A DNA stretch of 57,540 bases from Clostridia bacterium (GTDB taxonomy: Bacteria; Bacillota; Clostridia; Christensenellales; CAG-138): contig JAFZYC010000045.1 in NCBI GenBank assembly GCA_017616435.1, positions 1 through 57,540 on the forward strand. The letters run 5' to 3'. The notes below the pieces were generated by a model. The model was not told the DNA's origin, searched no databases, and was given only the letters and a program-made list of their open reading frames with translations. Positions 28,415-37,875 of this stretch are shown piece after piece. Every line of letters starts with the position of its first letter. Position 1 is the first letter of the stretch. Both the position numbers and the translations under genes were made by a program.

Positions 28415-30370
28415 TTAATTCAGCGTTTGTATAATCTTGGAATCATAGTCCTTCTTGCAGGACTGTAATCCCGAACCTATAGAGTATGGAGTTATAGGGC
28501 TATTTGTTTCATATCCGCATACAGAGCACCTATATGTTGTCCCACTCCACACGAACGAATGATATGCGATATCCTTTCGAGCTCCGCACTTAATGCATTC
28601 ATGATAGTGATAAACATCTGAATGACTGTAAACAGCCCTATAAGAGTGGTCTTCTTCAACCGAGTTACCGCAAATGGAGCAAGTGCAAACATGATTGGTG
28701 CCATTATCTGTATAGGTGTTTTGACAGCCACCAACAGTACACGAATACGGGCTCTTCATCAAGAAACCATCAAGGTAAGAGAAACTGTAATTCTTATTCA
28801 CAACTTTACCATAAGTGTTTCTTGAAGCATGAATTACTTTTACATCGGTTGTAATATGCCATTCATCATAAAGGACAATATGGTTTCCAGCCTCAACCAT
28901 ATAATCCATTTTTTTCATTAACTCGATATGGCTTTGCGTTTCACTGCCGGTGGTGGAAACCGTGCTGATATAGTATCCATTATCGGGATCAGCAAAGTCT
29001 CCGGTAGTCCAATAGGAACTGCTTGGGGCATGATAAGCATAGCAAACCAGTCCAGAACAGTCAAGTCCTGTGGAACCATACACATGATGAGCGGCAACAT
29101 TTCCTGCCGTATAGTACTTGTTCAAGCCATCATCTGGGTAAATCGTGTTGAGTTTGCTGGCAAAACTGCTCGGGCCGTCATGCATTCCTCTGCAATAAGG
29201 AATACCAGTCATAGACTTGTTGCTTGTCACACCTGCTTCATCAACCGGTAAGATGATAGTTGTACCATTGTACGTCCTTATCGTTGCATTTTTAGAAGGC
29301 TTGAAGGTCCATGAATAGTCGACACAACTCATTGCTCTTGAACGCACAGTACTTCGAGTGTAAGAAGTAATTGCAGGCCCTTGTGTCCTGGTGTTAACAC
29401 CATAATACCTACAGAGCTCATTCGCCTCTTGAGTTTTCAACTCCATTTCCGAATCGTATTCCATTCTTAAATATGGTCTGGTGATATAAATACCATCATC
29501 CATGCAGTGCATTACATAGATAGAACCATCAGAAGATTCATATACATCATCGGAAGGATAGGCAAATGCTTCGTTTTCTTCAATCAAGGTACAGCCAACA
29601 AATTCTCCTTCGGTATTGTAGAACCTTATTGTTCGTTCAAACTTAAGCACCGGAACATCAGGAACAAATTCATAGATGCCCAGCACAATCCGACCATTTG
29701 ACTGAGTAATGTACTGCGCAGCAGTATTTTTACCGGCTCTAATGGTTACTGCGGCTCCATCATCAGTGTTGATTATAAACTCGTCATCACAGTCAGCAAT
29801 ACATGAGATCTTTGCAGATTTGCTCCATATATGCTTAACACAGTCAAAGGAGTACGTTTGAAGATTCTGATCTGTCAGGGAAATGTTGCCATTTTTATTG
29901 GATTCGATTCTGTAAACAAAATCAGAAGTCATATCATCAGGCAAGGTATACTTGTCTATGGTATTCTTTGCCCTAGTTATCTCAAACAAAGCATTGCTTT
30001 CATCGTCGGTAACATAAATCTTTCCATTAGCAACACACATATGCTTGGGGTATGATACCCCGGGAAGATCAATCGTCGAGAAGCTGTTATTGTTTTCAAT
30101 GATTATTCTTGAATTCACAGTGTCAAGAATGTAAATCGCTCCGTCTTCTACCACGAAAGACTCCGGGCCCATGTTAAAGGGCTCATCCTCCAAATAGCCA
30201 ACGCTAGTAGTCTTGCTGTTAGATGCCGGCATATACAGGATTTGCTCTGCATCATAAAGACTAGAAGCGGTTTTTTCAGTTCGCTTCGTTGAAACAGCAC
30301 CATTTGCTGATGCAGAAAGCGAACAGCAGATCATCAGCACGCCTAAAAGTGCAAGTAAAAACCTTTTCAT
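28415..30370 (-). CDS. Secreted NlpC/P60-like hydrolase B, paralog of 24970-26883
   Basis: Signal peptide; NMGPESF..DGAIYILD; TGIPYCRG, GLDCSGLVCYAY, NHIVL and VIHAS; HVCTCSICG, HYHECIKCG and RCSVCGY. Confidence 0.8.
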   Translation of the reverse strand: MKRFLLALLGVLMICCSLSASANGAVSTKRTEKTASSLYDAEQILYMPASNSKTTSVGYLEDEPFNMGPESFVVEDGAIYILDTVNSRIIIENNNSFSTIDLPGVSYPKHMCVANGKIYVTDDESNALFEITRAKNTIDKYTLPDDMTSDFVYRIESNKNGNISLTDQNLQTYSFDCVKHIWSKSAKISCIADCDDEFIINTDDGAAVTIRAGKNTAAQYITQSNGRIVLGIYEFVPDVPVLKFERTIRFYNTEGEFVGCTLIEENEAFAYPSDDVYESSDGSIYVMHCMDDGIYITRPYLRMEYDSEMELKTQEANELCRYYGVNTRTQGPAITSYTRSTVRSRAMSCVDYSWTFKPSKNATIRTYNGTTIILPVDEAGVTSNKSMTGIPYCRGMHDGPSSFASKLNTIYPDDGLNKYYTAGNVAAHHVYGSTGLDCSGLVCYAYHAPSSSYWTTGDFADPDNGYYISTVSTTGSETQSHIELMKKMDYMVEAGNHIVLYDEWHITTDVKVIHASRNTYGKVVNKNYSFSYLDGFLMKSPYSCTVGGCQNTYTDNGTNHVCTCSICGNSVEEDHSYRAVYSHSDVYHYHECIKCGARKDIAYHSFVWSGTTYRCSVCGYETNSPITPYSIGSGLQSCKKDYDSKIIQTLN

Positions 30371-30401
30371 TGTTAATCTTCCTTTCTTTGTTAAAGTTGT
30401 T

Positions 30402-30449
30402 TTACAAACCCAACCTGCAGCATATTAGCAAAGGCAGGAGCAACTGCAC
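30402..30449 (-). other. Leader ORF (15 aa, MQLLLPLLICCRLGL)
   Basis: GGAGGTGAT 9 nt before a GTG; stop codon about 32 nt before the hydrolase start. Confidence 0.5.
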
Positions 30450-30516
30450 AATTCTACTATCACCTCCATTATTAGCAAACCTTTCAAGTCGCTTGATAGA
30501 GTCCGAGCTATCTGCG

Positions 30517-30559
30517 CTCTACCTTTATTACAATTGAACCCACCAAAAGGGGACAAAGA
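30517..30559 (-). promoter_or_regulatory. Conserved promoter-like motif, copy 3
   Basis: CTCTACCTTTATTACAATTGAACCCACCAAAAGGGGACAAAGA. Confidence 0.7.
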
Positions 30560-30941
30560 TTTTGCATAAAAATAAAATATATTGTGCGTCGTGTGGACTT
30601 TAAAAGTCCTTATTAAGAGTTATTAATTGGAGTTTTCAGCATTTCTAAAATAAATTAACCAACAGATTATTAGCTTTCTGGCAGGACTTTCAAAGTCCTG
30701 TTTATTCTCCAGGCAAATCTGTATTATGTAGCGCACAGGAAGCTGATTCCTGAATGCAACATTCAATGCCTGATATGCATTAAGGGCAAAGGATATGAAT
30801 AAGGTTCCCGGCATTAACGGGAAGCCGAGATTCAATACCCTTATCTTAATGCATTCAATCGGACGGTATTGAACTCACTCCGGCAGTATAGCTCCTTATT
30901 CTGTCCTTTCCCAAGGCACCTTTCAGGTGGAAAGGAAAAAG

Positions 30942-31448
30942 ATGAAAAACAAAAACTATAAGGTCGTGAAGGATGATGATGGAAAGAAGACTTACTTTGC
31001 AAAGGCATTTGGGGAATGGATCGAAGTAACAAAGGAAGTATTCAGCTTCATGACGTCTAACGACAGGCGTATGCGATACATATATGCTCGGGAAGCGGAA
31101 GAAGGCTGCATCTCTCTTGACGCAATCTATGAGGCTACCGAAGAAACCGAAAACCCGTTATTCGCGGAAGATATGCCAAGCACGCCCGGACCGGATGGCG
31201 ATATTCTGGACAGGTTATGCGGATCAACGGATGAGCTATTTATCTCCGTTATCAACGAAAAGCTCGACGAACTTCGAGGCCTCGACAGGATCATTGCTAT
31301 GGAGGTGTTCATCAATAAAAGAAGTATGGTCGAGTATTCGGCAGCGATCAGAGTATCAAGACAGGCTCTTATGAAAAAAGTCCAAAGGATATCAAAAAAG
31401 ATCAGAAGCAACTGTATGAAGGAGTTAATGGAGAAATATGAAAGCTGA
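30942..31448 (+). CDS. Sigma-70 region-4-like HTH protein of an integrative element
   Basis: WIEVTKEVF and ISLD motifs; C-terminal SMVEYSAAIRVSRQALMKK; precedes xis-int. Confidence 0.7.
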   Translation: MKNKNYKVVKDDDGKKTYFAKAFGEWIEVTKEVFSFMTSNDRRMRYIYAREAEEGCISLDAIYEATEETENPLFAEDMPSTPGPDGDILDRLCGSTDELFISVINEKLDELRGLDRIIAMEVFINKRSMVEYSAAIRVSRQALMKKVQRISKKIRSNCMKELMEKYES

Positions 31449-31686
31449 AACAAGAAACGATCCCGAAGCAAAGCGATACTGTAGTTATGAGGACGTCCCC
31501 CTGCTCCTTGACGCAAATGACATCGTTATGCTTACCGGTCTTGCGCGCACTAACGTCTACTACATGCTTCGTGCAAATGATTTCCCAGTGATCGTGATAG
31601 GGAAGAGGCGTATGGTCAAAAAAGAGAAGCTCTTTGCATGGCTGGATGAACATGAAAAGAAGATCTTTCCCGGAAGAAGCGAGTAA
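31438..31686 (+). CDS. Excisionase-like HTH protein
   Basis: SYEDVPLLL...LTGLARTNVYYML...FPVIVIGKRRMV.KEKL..WL; directly upstream of the integrase. Confidence 0.85.
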   Translation: MKAETRNDPEAKRYCSYEDVPLLLDANDIVMLTGLARTNVYYMLRANDFPVIVIGKRRMVKKEKLFAWLDEHEKKIFPGRSE

Positions 31687-31790
31687 TAGCATGTTCAATA
31701 ATTGTTTCAAAAGATGCATCGGCATCCTCAACATATCAACGAAGGCCGTTTATACTGCAATCGAACTCAATGACAGAAGGAGGCAATAAC

Positions 31791-32921
31791 ATGGCAAAAG
31801 CTAAGAAAAGAGAGAACGGCCTGTATCATAAGAACATGGTCGTCGGAAGGAAAGAGGACGGAAGCTATATCCGCAAGTCTGTGTATGGGAAAACAAAAAA
31901 GGAGCTCGAATCAAAGGTGATGGAGCTCACGCAGCAGATCAATAACGGTATTGCTGTCTGGAAAAATGATATGACCTTTAAGGAACTGTCCGATATTTGG
32001 TTCGAGCAGTATAATCCGACGGCAACCGAACGATGGCATTATCACAATGGCCTAACCGTTAAGAACCATCTGCTTCCTTATATAGGCGGGATGAAGGTGC
32101 GGGATCTTCGGCAGATCCATCTGCAGTCGATCATCAGCAATCTTGCGAAAAACGATTATTCCACGCATACCATGAGGGATATAAAGCAGATCGCCGCAAG
32201 GATCATGAAGGTCGCCGTTGATTCGGACCTCATTATGAAAAACCCCTTTGCCGGCGTCACCATACCAAACAAGGAGGCAAATGCTCGCCAGCCATTATCC
32301 CCTGAGCAGATCAAGCTTGTGACGGATAATTGGAGAGGGCACAGGATGGGCCTTCCGGTGATGATAATGCTGTATGCCGGCCTCAGGAGGGGAGAGATGC
32401 TTGCTCTGCAGTGGGAAGACGTCGATATAGACAAAAAGCTGATCCATGTAACGAAGTCTCTCTGCTTCCTAAAGAACGCCTCCACAATAAAAGCGCCGAA
32501 GACAAAGGCGGGAACGAGGTGTGTCCCGATCCCGAACGTACTGCTTGCTCCTCTCATCGAAACAAAGAAGACAAGCGGAACGATATGCCCCTCTGTCGAA
32601 GGAGAGCTTATGACCTATACCGCATATAGGCGGGCATGGGATTCCTACATGAACTACCTGAACGTATGCGCGGGAGGGTTCATAAGCGACTGCAAGCAGA
32701 GGCCCCGGATACAGAAGATGGAGCCATTCACCGCGCATATGCTGCGTCACACATATGCAACCATGCTGTTTGACGCAAACGTCGATGTGAAATCCGCCCA
32801 GAAGTTTCTTGGGCACTCAAGCGTAGAGGTCACGCTGAGCATTTATACCCACCTGACTCAGTTTAAAGAGGACGCGGCAATAGAGGCGCTGAATGAGCAT
32901 TTAGATAGTACCTGCATGTAA
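31791..32921 (+). CDS. int: Tyrosine recombinase/integrase
   Basis: Arm-binding RKSVYGKTKKE; catalytic GLRRGEMLAL, K(APKTKAG), HMLRHTYAT, LGH and IYTH are all intact. Confidence 0.93.
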   Translation: MAKAKKRENGLYHKNMVVGRKEDGSYIRKSVYGKTKKELESKVMELTQQINNGIAVWKNDMTFKELSDIWFEQYNPTATERWHYHNGLTVKNHLLPYIGGMKVRDLRQIHLQSIISNLAKNDYSTHTMRDIKQIAARIMKVAVDSDLIMKNPFAGVTIPNKEANARQPLSPEQIKLVTDNWRGHRMGLPVMIMLYAGLRRGEMLALQWEDVDIDKKLIHVTKSLCFLKNASTIKAPKTKAGTRCVPIPNVLLAPLIETKKTSGTICPSVEGELMTYTAYRRAWDSYMNYLNVCAGGFISDCKQRPRIQKMEPFTAHMLRHTYATMLFDANVDVKSAQKFLGHSSVEVTLSIYTHLTQFKEDAAIEALNEHLDSTCM

Positions 32922-33028
32922 ACACTAAAAAATGGGCTCCGTTCGTATACACATATGGGGCCCTTAGTTTTGAAGTGCAATAAGCATTTCCATCAAGGCA
33001 AACAGCACCTCTTGTGCCATACAAATCA

Positions 33029-34048
33029 TTATTCAATCGTTGCTTTGATCCTTTTTGCCAGCTTTTCAGCAAGCTCTGTTTCATTATCCCAAAGAACCGT
33101 ATTGACCTGTTTGACGTCAAAGTGTCCATCAGTTCCAAACTGTTCGCTTTTGCAGACATGAATAACATCTTTTCCTAAGCCCAAAGCATATCCGGCTTCA
33201 TAGTATGCTCCGTTGTTGTGCCCGGTTAATTCGGCTATAACGAATCTTGCTTGTCGAATCTCATATAGCATTTCCGGAACTATCTGATGATTATGCTCTA
33301 TTTCGTCCATGATTCTCGGCTCATATCCACAGCCAATAATAGCCTTTTTTATTGCTGCTCTTACTGGATCCATCTCGGGTTTGAACGACATAGCTACAAA
33401 TACTTGTTTTTGCATCAAACGTGAGTTATCTTTCTGTAACTCATCAACACGCTGCCATCCCTTAGGAGCAAGTCGGCAAGTCATGCGCCCATCTGAAGAA
33501 AATGCAACATTGCTGAGCAACTCGTTTTTTGTCATATAGTCTTTTAGAAAATCCACCTGGCTATAGATGGCCTTATGATCCAGCAAACTGCGATTATCCG
33601 CTCTATATCTATCAATAAAGAAACAAGCCATTTTCTCTTCATTGGTCAGCTCAATGGCAGCACCCATAACGCTTGTTCTTTGAGCTAACATTAACAGTAT
33701 CCTGTTAATTTTCTCGTTAAATGTTTTGGGATACCAATTTGTGATCACATCATCCGTAATATGCGAAATCCTTACATATACCGTTTTAAAGTGGTCATAT
33801 TCCTCTTGAGTTCCTATAAAGTTTGTTCCTCCAACAACCCCTTCTAAATCATGTTCGTCATGTATGGCATTATAAAACAAATATGAGGCTAGCTTGTTCT
33901 TGTTCTGAGGAATACTCTTATTATTTCCTCCAGAACTGGCTGTAAAAAGGTAATTGCCGCATACCGGGCATTTGATCATAACTGCATCTGGAATAACAGG
34001 ATAAAACTTTATATTCTGAGTTCCGCACACATTACAACTCTGTGACAT
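33029..34048 (-). CDS. Zn-ribbon protein with a C-terminal nucleoside 2-deoxyribosyltransferase/TIR-like domain
   Basis: CNVCG and CPVCG at the N-terminus; VFVAMSF...IAELTGHNNGAYYEAGYALGLGKDVI...HFDV at the C-terminus. Confidence 0.75.
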   Translation of the reverse strand: MSQSCNVCGTQNIKFYPVIPDAVMIKCPVCGNYLFTASSGGNNKSIPQNKNKLASYLFYNAIHDEHDLEGVVGGTNFIGTQEEYDHFKTVYVRISHITDDVITNWYPKTFNEKINRILLMLAQRTSVMGAAIELTNEEKMACFFIDRYRADNRSLLDHKAIYSQVDFLKDYMTKNELLSNVAFSSDGRMTCRLAPKGWQRVDELQKDNSRLMQKQVFVAMSFKPEMDPVRAAIKKAIIGCGYEPRIMDEIEHNHQIVPEMLYEIRQARFVIAELTGHNNGAYYEAGYALGLGKDVIHVCKSEQFGTDGHFDVKQVNTVLWDNETELAEKLAKRIKATIE

Positions 34049-34093
34049 TTAGAATCCTTCTCCTTTCAAATCAGCGTGGTTATTGAGAGCGCA

Positions 34094-35533
34094 TCATTGC
34101 CTTGCTGCATAATACTTCTGGTACTTGCTCTTCGGCTTATCTGGAATCGTAAGCGCGAGAAGGCCTTCCTCGACCATGGGCTTTATGAGCTTTTCCATAG
34201 CATAGGCAATAGTGATCCTTCCTTTGAACAGCTCTGCCAACTCTGCACGGCTCTTGGGAGTCCTGCAAAAGGCGATTATCTCCGCTTGTTCCGGATCGAG
34301 CTTTTGTGCAGGTACGGAGCGGTTGTAGAGCGTTGCCCTGAATACCCCTCTGTCATTCTCAAACTTCGGGGCTGGCAAGCCGTATTCCTCCATAGCGCTT
34401 ATGATTGTCGGTATCCCGCTGTAACGGTTCTCGGTCTCGCCCAGAATCTCCATCGCGTTTGCTATCGAGGGATTTCTCGTATCCGCAGAAACTTTTCCGA
34501 GCCTGTCGAGAGTCATCCTTCCATACAGGCCACCCGGGTTCTCTATCTCAAATCGGTCGCTGAACATCCTGATCGTCACAGGCGTTGAATCCGTATGGAT
34601 GCTGTAATCCCTGTGGATAAGGGCGTTGAGTATGAGTTCCCTGAGCGCGATTACCGGGTATTCCGTCCTGTCGACTCGTTTCCCCGTCAAGGGATCGATT
34701 ATCGTAGCAGTTTTCATGTTCTTGCGGACGAACAGAAGCGCTTCATCCACCATCTGCGGAAGGGTGCCGTCGATCCTCTTATTGTCGATAAACCGCTCAC
34801 CAACGCTTCCAGTACTGCTTATTTCCGTACCGGGTACGGATACCGCAGTTATGCAGAGCTGCGGGAAGAACGCCTGAGGATAGCTTGAGAACAGCAGTAA
34901 TCCCGCGAGAGTGGGCTTTCCATCCTCTGTGAAGCCCTGCAGCCTGCCGATCTCCTCCACGGGGAGGCCTGCAAGATGAGGCTTCTTGCCTTTCAGCAGA
35001 TCGAGATAGAGATCGAATGCCGGAGTCCTGACGTCCCTTTCTTCCGCTCTCTCCGAGATCCTGAGTTCATCATGAATCTTCTTTCTGAATGCTTCAAAGC
35101 TGTAGACCTCGTATTCTGTCATGAGCCTGTCTGCGTCGCCGGAACGGATATAGGAGCCTCCGATCCTGCCGACTCCGCTGTAAAAGCACGGCTTATCGGA
35201 ATTGTCGATCTCCTGTATCTCGGCAGAAACAACGGGTTTGCCATCGATCGATGCAGTGGTAAATAGAGGTCTTATCACGGGCGTCATCTGTTGGCACTGC
35301 GCATCGACTTTTTTGATAAGATCGGCCGCATCGTAAACCCCGCAGACGCTGAAACTATCATTTTCGTCCACACCGAATACAATGATCCCGCCTCCGGTTT
35401 GGTTAGAAAAAGCAGACAGCGTCTCGCGCACCTTGGGGCATCCGTTCTTTGCGGACTTTACCTCGACCGTGTTGCTCTCGCTTTGAACGTTCTGAATATC
35501 CCTTATTATCTTTTCAAGTTCGTTTTCGAGCAT
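34094..35533 (-). CDS. Schlafen/AlbA_2 domain plus HATPase_c_4 (RecG-C-like) and winged-HTH protein
   Basis: ESNTVEVKS, LSAFSNQTGGGIIVFGVDE, RELILNALIHRDYS, NPGGL, RNP.IA and PKSKYQKY. Confidence 0.85.
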   Translation of the reverse strand: MLENELEKIIRDIQNVQSESNTVEVKSAKNGCPKVRETLSAFSNQTGGGIIVFGVDENDSFSVCGVYDAADLIKKVDAQCQQMTPVIRPLFTTASIDGKPVVSAEIQEIDNSDKPCFYSGVGRIGGSYIRSGDADRLMTEYEVYSFEAFRKKIHDELRISERAEERDVRTPAFDLYLDLLKGKKPHLAGLPVEEIGRLQGFTEDGKPTLAGLLLFSSYPQAFFPQLCITAVSVPGTEISSTGSVGERFIDNKRIDGTLPQMVDEALLFVRKNMKTATIIDPLTGKRVDRTEYPVIALRELILNALIHRDYSIHTDSTPVTIRMFSDRFEIENPGGLYGRMTLDRLGKVSADTRNPSIANAMEILGETENRYSGIPTIISAMEEYGLPAPKFENDRGVFRATLYNRSVPAQKLDPEQAEIIAFCRTPKSRAELAELFKGRITIAYAMEKLIKPMVEEGLLALTIPDKPKSKYQKYYAARQ

Positions 35534-35908
35534 ATTATCACCTCTCTTATGGATATTATATGGAAATCATGCGAATTTGTCAAGAATTCTTTCTGATAAA
35601 CTTGTGCATTAGTCTATTAAATTTCTGGCATTCTAATGAAATCGTCTTAAAACTTTGTTCTAAAAATAAATCCAGCTATAATTCTTGCTTTCCATAACTG
35701 AGGAAATCATGATAAAGGAAAGAAAGATCAAACCGCTGCGACCTTTCCGCAGAGCATTTTATTAGGCACTATATATGCATACAGTTTGCTGGAATAGATT
35801 ATGCGAATGCAAAAAGACCATTTGCCTATGGACACAATTGGAATGCACGCCCGCTTGACCTGCCTCGAAATTTGTCATATAATCATGAAAAATCAGTCGG
35901 AGGTCATT

Positions 35909-37099
35909 ATGCTTCTAGAGCCGAATTCAAATGATAACAAAGACTCCATTAGCAAGTCTTTGGAACCGGATACTTTGATGAACAAGATAGAGAAAGCCTA
36001 TTCAGATTTATTCCCAAGTGCCAGGTGGAGCAGTGTTCGTGAAGTTTTAGCTTCAGATGAAAACAGTGCTGATTTCATTAGATGGGTTCTGAAGGATGAA
36101 GACTATCGGGAAGTCGATAGCAGCAATCCTATGTATGAATTTGCAAAAATACGCGCAAGACATTCCGTTATCACGTTCTTTATTGGTTTGGTTTTTATAA
36201 ACTGCTTTGAATTCTTCGAAAGTATTAAGACAGCGTTTGAGTTTAAAAGTGAACCCGGAATGGTTATCCATCTCTGGATGTTAACATCTCTTTATCATGA
36301 CTGGGCATATTACTCCACGGATTTAAGGAACCCAGATCTTGATTACAGAAGGATCACATCTTATTATCTGTTAGAAGATGTGGCCGCACCTAATATCAAT
36401 GACCTTAGTATTTTTATTGATTATGCAAGAACGCATTCGGAAGCACTTGCCTATACATACAAAGAGATAGAAGCTTATGATGATTATGCTCGTAAAAAAC
36501 TTCATCCACGTTTCCCAGAAGACCACGAATTGCTGGATCATGGAATCCTGGGAGGCGTAAAAATCTTTGATAGGCTAGTAAGGCGGCAAGTAAAAAGGCG
36601 GAATAATGATGAGGATTATAGTAGCAAAGAATACGAGCAAGACCTACTTAACGCAAAAGCCAGTTGTCTGACAATCGCACAACATAACATATTTAAGTCT
36701 TCTAGTACATCTGATGATGTGAAATATGGTTCTGAACTAACTAAGCTTCATTCCACCTCCAACTTTGTTATTTCAATCAACACACCTTTACTGCTTCTGC
36801 TATCCCTCGTCGATACATTCGAGTGTGTAAAAGTATTCAGCAAATCTAATAATACGAATGGATCATTGAGGGCCAGTACTGTCTTGGAAAAAATCAGCGT
36901 CATCGTTAACCTCGACAGCGTGATAGCTGATTTTTCTAAACTTTCGGAATACATCAATAATCAAAATCCAGCTCTAATTAACAAGTTAGATCATCACATT
37001 GAACAAGTATGTATATTAAATAAATGGACTGCATTTACCGCCATTGAGGAAGAAGATTATTCGGTTAGAATTACTATGCGAAGTAATATTGTTAACTAG
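35909..37099 (+). CDS. HD-domain-like protein of unknown function
   Basis: RARHS, WMLTSLYHDWAY, DHGILGG, IAQHN and LLSLVDTFE motifs; AT-rich gene; GGAGG RBS before 35909. Confidence 0.6.
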   Translation: MLLEPNSNDNKDSISKSLEPDTLMNKIEKAYSDLFPSARWSSVREVLASDENSADFIRWVLKDEDYREVDSSNPMYEFAKIRARHSVITFFIGLVFINCFEFFESIKTAFEFKSEPGMVIHLWMLTSLYHDWAYYSTDLRNPDLDYRRITSYYLLEDVAAPNINDLSIFIDYARTHSEALAYTYKEIEAYDDYARKKLHPRFPEDHELLDHGILGGVKIFDRLVRRQVKRRNNDEDYSSKEYEQDLLNAKASCLTIAQHNIFKSSSTSDDVKYGSELTKLHSTSNFVISINTPLLLLLSLVDTFECVKVFSKSNNTNGSLRASTVLEKISVIVNLDSVIADFSKLSEYINNQNPALINKLDHHIEQVCILNKWTAFTAIEEEDYSVRITMRSNIVN

Positions 37100-37206
37100 A
37101 TTATGCTTGTCAGAACGAAATACGAGGAGAATCCGCGCAAGAGAGAAAGGATAATCTGCATTACGGACAGGCTATTTGAAGAGGCAAAACGCCATAGAAA
37201 GCCAAC

Positions 37207-37230
37207 TGACCTGCACCCCAAAAGTGGACA
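37207..37230 (+). mobile_element. Orphan IS3-family (IS150-like) terminal inverted repeat
   Basis: TGACCTGCACCCCAAAAGTGGACA resembles IS150-group ends. No transposase follows it. Confidence 0.6.
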
Positions 37231-37414
37231 GTTTTAGTATGAATAATGTTCGGTTTCATATCGTTGACGTGATGAATGCGGAAGATGAACTCCATTAGGG
37301 CAAGAGCGGAAGAGATCGTTTTGAACGAGCTTATCTTCGTATAAGCGCCGATATAGCCAAGCTCCAATATGGAAAAGAGCCGCCCCGGTCGGGACGGCTC
37401 ATCCTGTCTTTTTG

Positions 37415-37786
37415 TCACTCCGCTTTCCACAGGCCGTGGAGGTTGCAGTATTCATAGGCGGCAACGACCTCGTCGCCGGGAACGAGAGCGAATACGGCCT
37501 TGGGCTCATCGCCGGGCTTCAATGCCTTGCGCTGGCGGCCCTCTCTGGTCTCGAGCATGATCCACTCGATGTAGTGGACGTCAAGCATGGGATGCAGTAC
37601 AGAACCTACGGTAACGGTGACGGTCTGTCCGTCGATGCTGATGACCGGGACGTGCTTTTCGCCCGCGGCGTCGGTGGTGTTGGGGATCAGCTCCTGCATG
37701 ACCTCTCCGCAGCAGCTCGCGCGAACTCCGGAATCGTGGATGTAGGCGATGATGTTTCCGCAATGTGCGCACTTGTAAAACTTCAT
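37415..37786 (-). CDS. dfx: Desulfoferrodoxin / superoxide reductase
   Basis: CAHCGN and CCG (centre I); EKHVP, HPM, HYI and CNLHGLW (centre II). Confidence 0.93.
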   Translation of the reverse strand: MKFYKCAHCGNIIAYIHDSGVRASCCGEVMQELIPNTTDAAGEKHVPVISIDGQTVTVTVGSVLHPMLDVHYIEWIMLETREGRQRKALKPGDEPKAVFALVPGDEVVAAYEYCNLHGLWKAE

Positions 37787-37875
37787 AAGGTGGAACCTCC
37801 TTTAATATTGATCTTCTATGGAAACAGCGTCTTCGTGCCGCCTCTCAATGATTATCTCATACGGACGCAGCAAGG

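Noticed and set aside
10249-30370. Prophage lysis genes as the explanation for the hydrolases
   Set aside because: No holin, structural or packaging genes are present; most of the hydrolases have Sec signal peptides and lipoprotein partners.
32922-32970. att site right after the integrase (GGGCTCC...GGGGCCC hairpin)
   Set aside because: I found no matching direct repeat in the window; it may just be a terminator between convergent genes.
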